A stretch of DNA of 64,000 nt, taken from the NCBI GenBank assembly GCA_903813345.2, contig CAIIXF020000001.1, positions 28,210,001 through 28,274,000 on the forward strand, given 5' to 3'. Positions within the stretch are counted from its first letter, which is position 1. Every line of letters begins with the position of its first letter. Of this stretch, positions 49,621-63,500 are shown in pieces. The notes below the pieces were generated by a model, which was given only the letters and a program-made list of their open reading frames with translations, was not told the DNA's origin and ran no database searches. The position numbers and the translations under genes are program-made. This DNA comes from Owenia fusiformis (Eukaryota).

Positions 49621-50911
49621 TTAAATGTATGGGATTATCTTTGTACATACATGATCTACATGTATATCTACATATATAGCATTATCTATATACATAATAT
49701 ATATATAAATCCTATTCTCTAAATACATATATGCCATTATCTGTATTAATGTATGATATTATTCTTTTGTACATGTTATTTCCAAGGTTGATAAAACAAT
49801 TGACGTCTCTAATTTCATAAGCATTTTCAAAGTCAATAACAGTACATTTATATCATCTGTTTATACTTTATCCCTTTAAATCCCTTTAAACATATTGTTG
49901 ACATACATCTCTGTAGTACTTAAAATTGAATTGAAACGTTATTTGAATTATTCTACTCAAAAGATTTATTATCTCTCCCAAGACACAATCGATATGGCTT
50001 TGTATTAAATTTAGTTGAATGCTAAAAGTATGATTGTCTAGATAATACATACTTATACATCTCTGCTGAATGCATAAAAATTCATAGACTCATCAAATCC
50101 ATAAATTTCACTTTAGTACATAAGTTTTTTATGGCAAGAATGCATTAATAAACTGTAATAAGCTATAACAAGTTATTACAGAAGGATGAGTATTGAAATG
50201 CAAATGTAATGTGAGCACTTGTCTTATGTTTATTGAATTTCAATAAAATGGACTGAATGTTTGACAATATACCAACATACATGTAGAAAAAGATAAAAGT
50301 TTGCATGTCTGTGTTAAAGTCTGCATGCTCTATTTGTGGACATTATTCTATTGTTTTGTTAAGTGGTATTCATGAATCTGAGTTTATCCATATTTGGCAA
50401 TATCTACATGATTGTATTGATTGTAGAATATGAATTTGAATATCTAACGAAGACTACGTGCATGACCATGTTCTTAATGCTCGAACCACTCTTCCACTCA
50501 AGTTATTTCACCAAAATTTTTCAGCAAAGTTTCAGTCATTAACCCTTAACTCACCAAGCAACCTTTTAGTCCAAATATATTAACCCAAACCAATCTGTGT
50601 AATTTACATTCATTTGTACCACATGAAAAAGTGAAGAACGCATTTTAGAAAATGCAAACATTATTTATATTTGTATATGATATAAATTGTTACTGGAGGT
50701 GACCAGTTTTTGTACTGATAGAGTTACTCATAAAAAATACAGTTTACCAAATCAAGCCTTTAATTCATATTCCTCAATTTAAATGTTTCAATTAGTCTCT
50801 CTGATCTAATATTACTCTGACATAAAATACTATTATCCTAAATGTTTTAACCAAAATCTCAAATTCATGTGACCTTGGACTTGGATTGAGAACCTTGATA
50901 AGTTGTTATGG

Positions 50912-51102
50912 TCACTAATGTTCACTAGCATGTTCAATATGTTGACTAGCATGTTCACTATTGTTCACTAGCATGTTCACTATTGTTCACTAACATGTTC
51001 ACTATTGTTCACTAGCATGTGCACTATTGTTCACTATGTTCATATCACTAGCATGTTCACTATTGTTCACTAGCATGTTCACTATGTTCATATCACTAGC
51101 AT
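50912..51102. repeat. 22-bp minisatellite CACTAGCATGTTCACTATTGTT
   Basis: Direct period visible; built from two related subunits. Confidence 0.9.
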
Positions 51103-53675
51103 ATTAGTCATCTAAAGGAGGACAACGTCATATCCTTTGAAATCTAAGTCAGTTAGTCATCATAATTGTGGAATATACTTTACATGTTTTGTGAACAATG
51201 TTTGATTTTAATAATTATGTGCTAATTTTCAAATCATATTTTATATTGTAAAATTGTTTACTCATAGCAATTCTTCATTTTGGTGATTTTATTTGAGGTT
51301 AGGGAACAATCTTGTTAATGACTCATATCATTCAAATTTCTACAATATTTTATTTGTATTGAATTTTGAAACTTTTTTTTAATGAAAAGTATGAATTCAA
51401 CTGTTTCTGTACATTTCCACCAAAGTATGCTAATTTGATGGCATATGGTGATACTTGCTGAATGCTGCTGTTCTTTTTTAATTCCCATCCAACTTCAAAA
51501 TCTTAGCAAGATGAATAATGTAAAGATATTTTTCATTATTCCGCAAAGCACTCTCTATAACTCTAAAGAATTGAATCTAAATTATAATTGAAGATTGTTT
51601 CATTGGAGAATTGACCTTTAAGGCAGTAAAGCTGACATAAATTCAAAGTCTGGTAATCAAATCCAATCTCCAATTTAGCAGGTAAAAGCAAACACTTCCT
51701 GACTCCCACAAAACCTTCATAGTGTGGTCAGATATGTCCGTTAAAAACTTGACAATTGATAGGAGAAACGCGGGAAATTAAATAAAGCACAACAAGGATA
51801 AAACTGTTTTCTGAATAGAAATTTGCGAACATTATATATATTGAGGTTCTGGGAGAATATTTGAGTTTATATGAACAAAAATGAAATGTTATTGACGAGT
51901 AAGACATAAATTTTGAATTTCATTCATTATAGCTTGTTTTCTGCAATAATTTCCAGTTCTTGTACAGTAAAAGTAGAACTAAGTTGAAAAATCAATAGGA
52001 ACATAAAATTCATCATTTCCTTTCATTTTACACGACAATCCCCTCGGCTATTAAAACACTAATGGCAGATGAAATAATTCTCGAAATTGAAATTACAGAG
52101 CTTTCAAACTGCAAAGAATAATCAATAATTTTAATGATAATATGTGTTTTAATCTGACTAGTAATGGGTTGCTAGTAGATTATACTAATAGCATGTTCGT
52201 TGAGATAACTATGAAAAAATAGCTAATAAATTACAAAACTTGGTGCCATGGTAGTATATTAATAATACTTTTATGTATACATATATGTAATGAAACCTTT
52301 TAGCTATGAATATTATTCTTGTTTAATAGAAACAGAAAAACTGAATACATCTGAGGATTAATTTCTGTGAATTATAAATGAGATTCAATAGCTCATATCT
52401 TTGAATGCAGAAAAACAATGTTTTAATAACTTCATTGTTATAGCTATCATTTTTTGTTGTTACTTGTGGTTGGTGTTTGGTGGTCATCATTTTGGATCTG
52501 TAACAAATTGTCACACTTTTATAAACATTTTATAAATAAGTTGTGACATTTTGTTATGTTAAATATTTTGATTGCTCTGTAAATATCTCAGTTGTTCTTT
52601 ATCAAATATGAATAATATCCATTTGGATCAAGTGAAATAGAGTGAATTATTCAAATTATTCAAAATGCACAAAGGGCAAAACACAGACAAAACTCAATAA
52701 ACAATATGATTATCAACAAATAAAACTAAACAATCAAAATTAGCTGATCCATCATGACTAGGTTTTCACAGGTGCATATTATAATAACCTATGGCTCTGA
52801 ATGCGTGAAATCTGTGCTGGGATACCCAAGGGGAAAAATACATTGTTTAGAAAACAAAACAAGATAATGGCGGTGATGTGAGATTTTTTGCATTCTTGAT
52901 CTTTATTGAAATAAAGGTGTACAGTTACTCCTTGGAGAAGTGCTTTAGGAGATAAAAAAAGAGTAGGGAGGGAGGAGCTCATTTATTCAGAAAGATCTGT
53001 CACCAGCATGATCATGAATCCTTCATTCGAAACAGTTTAGAAGTGTAAAGGTTTAAAGATGCCATCTTTCTTTAACAATAGAAGTGAACTGAATTGAATG
53101 GAGTAACTGTTTATAATAAAAGATGGCAACCTAATCTGGTTAGAATCAATCCTTTTTGTGAGTACTAAATATAGTAGGGTAAACTTGAGTGTCAGAGTTG
53201 AGTGCACTTAGCAGCCGAAGCTCTCTTTTAAAAAGCAAAGTCCAACTATTTGAAAGTGTAGGTACAATAATGAACATAAGATATGTGTCTCTGGAATACC
53301 CTTCGCGACATAATTATCATCAAGCAATATTTGGAATATTCTGCTTCTGGGTGGGAAGTAGTGGGTTGACCTAATAATAGTCATCAAATAATGCTTGTGT
53401 CATAGTGACATCAAAGTAACATAACTGTTTATCAAGTAATAATATAAAGGTTCCAAGTAACTGATTAATCCAATCCATTTTGTCAGATGTCAAAATCTCT
53501 TTTTATTAAGTGAATTCTGTACGAACATATTTGTGAAGAATTGTACGTATGTAATTTACATTGCATTTTTTTCTTGTAATAAATGTGTACAATTTGGTAA
53601 TAAGTGTTGGTTGAAATTAGGAATAAATTGAAAACATTGAATTGCTTGACATGTTGTTGTTATTGTGTGTTTCAG

Positions 53676-53750
53676 GTGATGACCCAGACTTTATATCATC
53701 ATCAGGAACAGAGGATGAGTCTTCAGATGAAGAGGCTGTTCTGGAAGAAG
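53676..53750 (+). CDS. CAAP1: CAAP1-like protein, coding exon 4
   Basis: TTTCAG|(G)DDPDFISSSGTEDESSDEEAVLEE|GTCAGT; phase 1 matches exon 3. Confidence 0.85.
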
Positions 53751-53883
53751 GTCAGTTTTTATATAACCACCAAAAGTGGTGACATATTGTTATAGTTTGC
53801 TACTTTTTGGATGGTGTTCAGCGGTTGGTGTAAAAGCTTATTTCCTACTTTTTGGATGGTGTTCATTAAAGTGTCAAATCGTC

Positions 53884-54558
53884 TTGAATTGTCAGAGGGT
53901 GGTGTAGCTTTTTGGTGTTAAAACAGGATTGAATAGTCAGAGGGTGGTGTAGCTTGCTGTTGTTAATACAGGGTTGAATTGTCAGAGGGTGGTGTAGCTC
54001 GCTGTTGTTAATACAGGGTTGAATAGTCAGAGGTTGGTGTAACTTACTGGTGTTAATACAGGGTTGAATAGTCAGAGGGTGGTGTAGCTTACTGGTGTTA
54101 AAACAGGGTTGAATAGTCAGAGGGTGGTGTAGCTTACTGGTGTTAATACAGGGTTGAATAGTTAGATGGTTGTATAGCTTACTGGTATTAATACAGGGTT
54201 GAATAGTCAGAGGGTGGTGTAGCTTACTGGTGTTAAAACAGGGTTGAATAGTCAGAGGGTGGTGTAGCTTACTGGTGTTAATACAGGGTTGAATAGTAAG
54301 ATGGTTGTATAGCTTACTGGTATTAATACAGGGTTGAATAGTCAGAGGGTGGTGTAGCGTACTGGTATTAATACAGGGTTGAATAGTCAGAGGGTGGTGT
54401 AGCTTACTGGTGTTAAAACAGGGTTGAATAGTCAGAGGGTGGTGTAGCTCGCTGTTGTTAATACAGGGTTGAATAGTCAGAGGGTGGTGTAGCTTACTGG
54501 TGTTAATACAGGGTTGAATAGTCAGAGGGTGGTGTAGCCCACTGTTGTTAATACAGGG
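53884..54558. repeat. 45-bp minisatellite, about 15 copies
   Basis: GGGTTGAATAGTCAGAGGGTGGTGTAGCTTACTGGTGTTAATACA; same register at 54061, 54241 and 54421. Confidence 0.95.
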
Positions 54559-54576
54559 TAATTCATGTTATTACAG

Positions 54577-54712
54577 AAGCTGTTGTGGATGAAGAGCTGG
54601 ATGGTTGGGAATACAACCCTGAAGGTGAAGATGCTGTTGCTAATGGAGATGACGAGGATTCTGAAATGGTTGACTCCACTAACATAGAGGTAGCAGACAA
54701 TGATGCTGAACA
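54577..54712 (+). CDS. CAAP1: CAAP1-like protein, coding exon 5 (acidic)
   Basis: TTACAG|(E)AVVDEELDGWEYNPEGED...DNDAE(Q)|GTAAGT; phases 1 to 2. Confidence 0.85.
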
Positions 54713-55029
54713 GTAAGTAACTGTTAACAGAAATGCTCCACCTTATCCATATTTTTGATTCGTGTATCTCAATAAGCAATGCCATACCTTCAGGATATCA
54801 CTATATTGTATAAAAAGAGGGTGATCAATTTGCAAGAAACGTTTAAAATTATCCAGTCAATGTGTCCTTTATTGTTCAAAATGCTGTATTATAAGAAAAA
54901 TGGGCACATTATGATTTTCTAGTCAGTTCCTCACTAGGTCTGATTCTAACTTAAATAAGCATGCATTTTACCTTGAATATAACATCTCAGATTGTACAGA
55001 AATACATTTGATCGTTTGTACATTAACAG

Positions 55030-55081
55030 GGCAGAGTATGCGGAAGAGGCTGAAGATGAAGACCACACTGAACACATTCAG
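55030..55081 (+). CDS. CAAP1: CAAP1-like protein, coding exon 6
   Basis: TTAACAG|(Q)AEYAEEAEDEDHTEHIQ|GTAAAT; phases 2 to 0. Confidence 0.8.
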
Positions 55082-55282
55082 GTAAATGAGGAAAACTTTG
55101 CAATTTCAATCTACATCATACTGCAGACAAATATTTTCGCTGACTAAAATGTTCACTGTTTTGGACTTGGAGAATAACAAACCATCGCAACAAATGTTAT
55201 CACTTTCAATTAAGCTTAGAGAATGTCTCATAAATACTTTTTGGCAGGTCACCTTAGCTCACTTCATTTTGCATTACATATA

Positions 55283-55472
55283 CCAGGTCGTTCAATAAGT
55301 TCACGGAAAAATGCTCTCATTTCAAAAAATTTTGATATTTGCTCATGAAATGTTCACACAATGTATAGAAAATACTTTCTGATTGATTCTTAAAATATCA
55401 GCATCTCTTATTTGATTGGTTAGATTGGTCAAAAATTAGAGCATTTTTCCGTGAACTTATTGAACGACCTGG
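55283..55472. mobile_element. Mariner-type MITE, about 36-bp TIRs, TA TSD
   Basis: TA|CCAGGTCGTTCAATAAGTTCACGGAAAAATGCTCT ... AGAGCATTTTTCCGTGAACTTATTGAACGACCTGG|TA. Confidence 0.93.
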
Positions 55473-55598
55473 TAGTATATTCAGTACATTTGATATATTG
55501 AAAAAGGTGCCTGTACATGTTTTTATGTTTCTGTGAACCCATTGATGTACCAAGTCTTTTTTGTCCTTTATATATTTTGGAAATATATTCTGTTTAAG

Positions 55599-55722
55599 GA
55601 GGAAGAACCACAGGAAACATCAATAGACCATGAAGATAACGCTAGTAACCATAGTAACAGTCACTCTAGCAGCAGTAGTCATAGTGACTCTGATAGTAGT
55701 CATAGCGACAGTGAATCATATG
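55599..55722 (+). CDS. CAAP1: CAAP1-like protein, coding exon 7 (S/H/D-rich)
   Basis: TTTAAG|EEEPQETSIDHEDNASNHSNSHSSSSSHSDSDSSHSDSESY|GTAAAT; phases 0 to 1. Confidence 0.8.
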
Positions 55723-55887
55723 GTAAATAAAAAGATTATTGTTATTTAACATTCAACAAGTTTTTTAAATTATATGTTGAATATTGAAATTATAATGCTT
55801 CAAGATGTAACTATTGTGAATAAAGCAACATTTTTGTAATTATCTACATTATCTAGCTGTGGGTTTTAACATTTTTCTCTACTCCAG

Positions 55888-56900
55888 ATGATGAATATGA
55901 ATCCAGTCACCATAGCGATGAGAGTGAGCCAGAGGAAGGAGAAATAAAAGAAGAAAATCCAAAGAGGAAGAAAAGAAGGCGGAAAATTCCAGATGTGAAA
56001 AGTGATGAAAAGTGCTCTGAACCAAAAGAAGATGATACTAAAACTGACAGTGTTGTTGGTGATAAACAAGTGTCTGATGATGTGGATGAAAAATCAAATG
56101 AAACTGGACAGAAAGGAACTGAAAGTGCTGAGAAGAGTACTGAAGATGAAAATGAGAAAGAAAAGGAGGGCCAAAGTGATATTGACAAGGAAAAGGTTGA
56201 TAATAAAGCAAATGAGGAAACACATGACACTAGTCCTGATAATATACAAAAGACTGATGACACTGCTATTGATAACAGAAAGGTTGAGGATAATGATGAA
56301 TGTTCTGATGTTAAAGTGAAAACAAGTGAAAACAATACAGTTGATACAGAAACACAGCAGAATGACAAAGACGGTTATAACAAAGAAGGAGACATTTCAG
56401 AAGATGTGTCAAATGATATAAACCCCAATCCAACAAAGAGTTCTGATAAAGGAATAAGTAAAGTAGTAGACACCAAAGATGAAGCAAATGATGCATTAAC
56501 CACAAGTGCTCATAATGACACAACTGCAAAGGCTGACGACAAAGATGAAGCAAATGATGCTTTAACTTCAAGTGCTCATGAAGAAACTACTGCTAAGGCT
56601 GACAACAAAGACAGAGGAAATGAGGCATTAACTACAAGTGTTCAAAAAGACACAACAGCAAAGACTGACAATAGTACCCCAGGTACAAACTCATCGACAA
56701 AAGCTCAAAATGATGCTACTGTTGATGATACAGATAAGACAAAATCTGCCCCTAGTGAAAATAAACCTACAGACAACCAAGACGATCCTAAAGCTTCCAA
56801 AGCTGGTGGGAAAAAATTGTCCAAAAACCAGATGGAAATTCTGGAGTTGGAAATGCGAGCTAGGGCAATAAAAGCAATGTTAAATGCTGCTCCTAAATGA
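55888..56900 (+). CDS. CAAP1: CAAP1-like protein, last coding exon
   Basis: CTCCAG acceptor, in frame with ORF 55995..56900. Ends QMEILELEMRARAIKAMLNAAPK*, matching the CAAP1 C-terminal LELEMRARAIKA motif. Spliced CDS is 1824 nt (607 aa). Confidence 0.93.
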
Positions 56901-57495
56901 TCCTTATAATTCAGGTTGGTGACTAGTATAAGGTTGTATTTTGTAATTCACAATGTTAATCTGTTAATTAATTAGTTAATTCGTTAACTAGTAATTTGTT
57001 TTATTTAGTTTTGAAATATGATAGGGTCTCATCCCTGATTGAACCATACTAATGATCATATACAGGGTGTGCTATAAGCTTATTCATTATTATATATACA
57101 CTGTCTGTGCTCGTTATTGTGAACACAAAATTTCTGTATTTAAAAGGGAAAACATTTGTAAGGTTCTTATCACAAAATGTGAATTTTGCAAAGATTGAAA
57201 TGTCACATGATCTTTCCCATATACAGAACTCAATTTAGCATTTAATTTGTAGAAAATGGATGGGTCATTGTATGACGTCACACAGTAATGATGCGATGAC
57301 ATCTATCATATTGTGACTTAAATTTTTGTTTTTGTGGGTTTATTGGAAATATATAGCATAATACTACAAGAGCTTTTGAATTTTGACTTTTATGTTCCTT
57401 TTGGCAGCTATGGAATACATGTACGTATATGTCCATGTATAAACAATACATTAGTAATACATGCATTTGTTTTATAAAAACATGTTTGCCTTGGA

Positions 57496-57501
57496 AATAA
57501 A
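57496..57501 (+). promoter_or_regulatory. Candidate polyadenylation signal for the CAAP1-like mRNA
   Basis: AATAAA about 600 nt after the stop codon; weak evidence in AT-rich DNA. Confidence 0.35.
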
Positions 57502-60500
57502 CAGGAAATCCCATATCAGTAAAATTCCAGTATAAGAAACCATATTGGATCCCATATCAGCCAAAATCATGTGTCAGATCCGGTATCAGAAATATTATGG
57601 AATAAGTAGGTTATGATGGGATATGATTTCTTTCCTTGAGAAAATATGATACCAAGTAGATTGAAACAAGGTTTCAAGGGTAGCCTTGTTTTATTTCCAT
57701 TGTCCCAGTATGTATGATACAAGGTAACCTGAAAATCTGTTGTGAATATAGGGTTGTCACAGTCTGGGAACAATCAGGGAAACCCAAAATTTATTTTCCC
57801 TGACCAAGATGAGTCGAAAAGTGTCGGGGAATTTTAAAATTCCAGAAAAGATCAGCAATTTGTCAGGGAATTTAAGTGGTGGACATTTTGAAAAGATGAA
57901 TGAAGTTGAAAAAGTTGAATGTTACGAACTTAAAATTCATGAAAAGAGAAAATTTGGATTTAAAAATGGTGTGAAAACACCGGAATACATTCTCAGTATG
58001 TAAGCTAATATACAAATCTAAAAAAGAGGAAAAACCTAATTCTATTGTTGAAAGGAATGGATTCCAAGAGCAAGGATTCATCCTTTGGTGACTCACCACA
58101 GTGTAATCACCTCCAGCCACAACCTATTAACTATTGCCTCACAAATATATTATGTATCTATAAAGGATATGATGTTTAAATATGATTTACCACAACTGAA
58201 CCATAACACTGATAATGTTCCAACCACAACCTTTGTATATCCTCATGAGACTTGGAGAGGAATTTTAAAGTGGCACTAAAGAACAGAGAAAATTGGAAGA
58301 AGCATTCTTCAAAATCCTAATTTTATTCTCTGAAAAGTAATATGAGACAATTCTGATCAAATATGGAAGGTATTAAAGAATTAAGATCCATTAATGTCCA
58401 ATTTCATTAGAATTAGTTATTAATGCAGTAATTCTGAGACAGTGGGACACTTTTTTTTCAAAAATACTCCTAAAAGAGGGAATAGCCATAAAACTTGGAT
58501 AATTCCTTTAAACTCTCCAAAACAAATTGTTGGTGCCTCAAACCTGCCTTGAAGAATGACTATGACCCCTACTTACTTTTGTCAAAATACCAGAGCCTTA
58601 GAAAATCACTCACCTCGATATCGACGAAAGACGTTTCAATTTTGGTTAACTGCGAGAGCAAAATTCAAATCTCAGTTAAAAGTTTTAGTTCAGTGTAAAA
58701 TGGACATGATTTTAACTAATTTTGTACTTGATAGAGGGTTTTTGACACCTTTTAAAATTTGGTACCTGGTGACAGTCAGTTATTCCGCGAAAATGCCAAA
58801 ACTAAAACTAACTTCAAGAAACATTGCCATCTATAGCAAGTTAATGGAGTTAAAATGATATTTTTCGATCGAAAGAGGAAAAGCACCAAAATTATGAACT
58901 CGGCTTGATGTGTTCTTCATCACTATACTTTGGTGAGACATATTGGAACTTATCATAGCCATTCAACCAAGCCACAAAAATTGTGTATAACAGTAGTTAA
59001 AATTATTCTTCCTTAAATAACAAAAGCTAAGGGATTATCATAAAATTAATTTGATCTGTCTGATATTTTTAATAAAATAGACAAAACATGGAATGTAGCT
59101 AGAAAAAATATTGTAAAAGTGTAACAATATTTTAGAAAGTTACTCTCAACTAGACTCAGGTTTTTCATTTCACCTTTTTTATCCTCAGAATGATGTCTTA
59201 GGTGAGCTACTTCCATCTTTCAGTTTACCTTCCAAATTATATTAGTAGAAATCATACAGATCTGGATTGAGAGGTGCTGCCATCTTTCTGACCAATAATA
59301 GTTTTTTAGTGCTTTGTTTTACTATACTGGTTTCATTCATCTTTATTTCCAAGGTGTAAAATGCATTTTGCTGGAAAAACCCTAGAAAACAAGTATGGTT
59401 TCCCTGGAGCTATCAAAAATTAGCTTTATTGTGTGATATCATATACTGTTTGTTCATTCTTCATAGAGATGGTTCGCCTATGAATTGTGGGGTATTCCCT
59501 CCTCGTTTACAGATTTATTACAGTAACAACTAAAGTAAGTCAGGTAATTCCAAGTAGTGTTCAAAAATGCCATTCAGACTCACCATATTTACTTGTTTAG
59601 CAACCATTGTTCTTCTCATCTTGTACTTCTTGTTTTGATTGTTTGATAGAACATTCGCTGAAGAAAAAGTAACTAAATTAAATTTCAAGGATACGTGTAG
59701 TTTAGAAATAACAGATGTTGAAAGTGTATACAGTATTTTCAAGAATGCTACAAGGTTATTATGAATTCAGCTTCAATGTATTCAGCACAATTACCACACC
59801 GCGGTATCCAAACTGCGTGCATACTATGCAACATTGCATCATACAAGTCTTCAAGCGATTATATGATTCTACCATGTGATAGCAAAAGTTATGTCTAGAT
59901 GAATGTAGGTTTTAAAATATAAGCCGTCGTGTCCTCCCCGTCAGCCATTTTTAAATATAATGTCATATAAAATATAATTGAAAGTAAAAGAAAATGCACT
60001 ATCTGACTGATCATTTTGTTATAGTCTTCAACCTTTTTTGTGACATTATCCGTCAGTCAGCATCTATAACAAATGGCAGGTGGTGATATTTTGGATTGTA
60101 ATGCATCCCTAAGTTAAATTATTCTTCCACTTTTTCCCAAATGAATCCAATAAAAAATGGTAACCACAATAGTGTAGAAAAGAAGCTTTTTGTTAAGATT
60201 TCTTTCAAGAGTGCATCTTTAATTGCTTAACCAAAAAAAGAGATTCCAAGATAACCTTAGATTTTCGTCAAGAGGTTCATTCAAGATTTAGATGAAATAC
60301 TTCAAGGTTTTTTCACCTACTTATGATAGGATCTTCATGAGATGGTGTGGAAAATCCTTTCATTCGCTGTCTTTAAAAATAGCACTCCCAGATGTTGGTT
60401 GCTTAATCAGCTTAAAAGCTTTAATTCTTTAAGTTAGTTATTTTAGAATTTCCTTGGCCTTTTAAAAGCTGATCTTACTCATGAGATGCTTAATGTCTTC

Positions 60501-63500
60501 TTTGATTTGCATTCCACATTCCAAATAAAACCCTTTACTGATGGGGGATTCCACAATCTAGTTCAAATTGACTTACTTACTAATTCGAGTGCAATTTGCC
60601 TTTTGGTTTGGTTGTACACGTGCAGATCAGAATACTAGTATACCAATATGTTTCTGTAGATTGTGAATAGATAAACTCATTTTTTGAAAGAACTAATTCA
60701 GTTCACGGAATGCTGCATCAATGAAATATATCAAATTCTGATATTTGTTCGTTAATTCTATGAAGTCTCAGTGCACCATATATTTGATACGAGCATGGCA
60801 TGGGAATACTTCATCTAATTACATTAGTTGCATCTAGGTTCAATTGATTGATCAAAAATTTCTAAGCTCTTCCTAAGCAAAATATTTTTGAAAATTTTGG
60901 GCAATGGTATATTATGAATTTTCTAACATTGCTTTTTTCTGATTATTTTCACAGTGGCATTTTGCTACGAATATCTCTCATATATTGCTTTTGTTTTTTG
61001 TAAATTTTTGGCGACTATTGCTTCTATCGGAATATCTCTCATATATTATTTTTATTTTTTTGTAGATTTTTTTCTATTTGATGTTTGATGTGGTTGCACA
61101 TCTGTTTTCAGTATATCTGAATCCCACAAGTAATTATCATAGTACTTGATGAAGAATTGTATTTTCAAATACCATTCTAATCAAAATTAGTTTTGATTGG
61201 ATAAAGGCAGGGATGATTTAAGACCAACCTCAAACTACTAGCTCCAACTTTTTAGATTAGCGCAATGTGTTTGATGCTTGCTCCCAATTTGCATTTTAAG
61301 ATATTCACAAAACAATTCCTTAATTTTGGCGAAACTTAAAGATAATTGGATTTGTTGAAATCCCACTTAATTTCCTGCTAAGAATTCCAAGTTTGTGTCA
61401 GGTCTCTTTTCACGTCCTTCAATAGAAACAAGATTTAGGAATCTACAGAAAAGATCTGTTTGTGACGGAATAACATGTTTCTAATCATTCACAGGAATGT
61501 TGCCTTAATTGGTCTCGGCTGTAATACAATTAGAATGGATAAAATCCTGTCATTTGCATGCACTTGTAGATTGCCAGACTGTATCTCCTTCACAAAACAT
61601 TCTCCTTGATGTTGAGGTCTTTATTACAATATTGAACACGGGGTTTCCTAATTAAAGGGTTTAGCTCTGCTTTTGTGTGATAAAGTAGTTAAACGATTTT
61701 CAGAGCACGCTCATACAGTAGGCTAGTTTATTATGTCACCACCACAAGTGATCACATGTTGTTATAGTCGTCAACTTTTTTGTGGACAGTGTTTGGTGTT
61801 TGACATTTTGTGTCTGTAACAAATGGCATTTTGCATGTGTTTATGCCTTGTTATACTACACCATGGGCTTTCAAGAGATTGAAAGCCCGTGACTACTTGA
61901 ACTATAACTAATGTAGCAATTGCCATTGTTAGTTCCTGTCCAGAACTTAAGAAATTCCACTCTACAAAATCGCCAATGTCTGCAGCAAGATAACAATGTC
62001 ATTTCCATTTGACATGCAAGTAAGACATATCCTATCATACCATGTCCTTTATTTGTATTCTTGCTAGATCTCTGCTTTAGCATACTTCATGATAGTTATC
62101 TGCATGTGAAACAACTTGATGTGTTCCCTGCTGACATCGATGTAGTGCCCCAGTGGGTCAGGATCTACCTAATTGTTCCACATGCAAACCACTAGCCATT
62201 AATTTGAAGTACCCTACCCTAAGATTCTTCAAATTGACAGCTATTTTTCCTCTGATATATACAACAGAGTAACAGCATTGGAATTATGTATTGAAATAGG
62301 TATTTTTTGATATTGTAAACAAGCTCTTTATTTTTATTTTGTGTCGTTGTCATTGAGATTAAAATGATTGGACATTTTAATTGTAGTTTATTACACAAGA
62401 GACCAGTTTTCTAACCAATCAGCATTGTTCGTATCTACCATTGGAAAATCTCTTAGAATCAAACGTTTGAATGATGGAGTAGAAATTCACGCCTGTGTTG
62501 CATATAGTCTGAGACCCTCATTACGTATAATACTATTATGTTCTGGTGCTTTGTCAACCAGTATTGGATTCAAGGGTCCACTGGGGTTTGGATTAGAAAG
62601 TCAAAGCATTGGACCACTATGACTATTCGTTATTTTGTGAAGATGTTATATTAACAGAATATACTTTTTGCTGTTAGGACATCTTGGAACATTAAAGGGA
62701 ATAGTAAAATATGGTTAAATAGGTATTCTGTTACATTTTAACTGACCAGTTCTTTGGTCCTACTAAGCCGTTTATAATACTAAGAACAGTTAATTGGCAC
62801 ATGTTCTCTCAGTTTGAAACATTTTGTTAATTCCTTGATGTAAAAATGTTGAAGTTAGATATATGGCATGAAATGGGACGACACATCCACAGCTTCTTAT
62901 CTTAATGAAAATGTTCTGTTTCAAGACACCTTTCCTTCATGTATTTATACCATGCCTCTTGTTGAAGTACAAGTCGGGAGGTCATAAGTATACCATAGAA
63001 ATCTATTTTAAAACCTATTATTTGTTGATCATGGAATTATCTTGAGGCCAAATATGGATTATAATGTCTGTTATCTGAATATTGAGATTGATTATCTTGT
63101 CTTGTATAATATTGTGCTGACTAACCCCAAAACAGTTTGAATGGAGTGATAGTGTAAAAAGAGTATGCGGGACTAATGTGTTTAGTAGACAGTCACACAG
63201 TGTTGTGATTTGTCCTTCTCATCATATTAACCTTTAAGCCTGTGGATTGTTTGATTTTTGTCAAGCTAATTGAACCATTTGTCATTGTATTTGCCTAACA
63301 ACTAGAAAGATTTTGGCATTATTTTACTAAATATGCTCATTTATCTTCCAAAGTATCACTTCCTGAAATGTGCTTAGAATTTATTCCAATCAGCTAGTCG
63401 TCATTTTGTGGCTATTCTATACTAGAAGCCTTAATATTAATATTGTTGTCTTTTATACGGCCTCTGTATTTTGCCACTCTCTTTTAGTGTTGCCTCAATA

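Noticed and set aside
28192..53675. Nested protein-coding, tRNA or snoRNA gene in the long intron
   Set aside because: No phase-consistent exon chain or RNA-gene signature was recognised; small exons or snoRNAs cannot be excluded without tools.
53884..54558. CRISPR-like array, and a stop-free minus frame (CINTSKLHHPLTIQP)n
   Set aside because: Head-to-tail repeats without unique spacers or cas genes in a eukaryotic intron. The open frame follows from the 45-bp unit and has no ATG or splice support.
55866..56871. Several overlapping ORFs on both strands
   Set aside because: Shadows of the low-complexity last CAAP1 exon.
57749..58900. Possible decayed MITEs (TAGGGTTGTCACAGTC... and about 58435-58880)
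   Set aside because: I could not find matching TIR partners or TSDs by eye.
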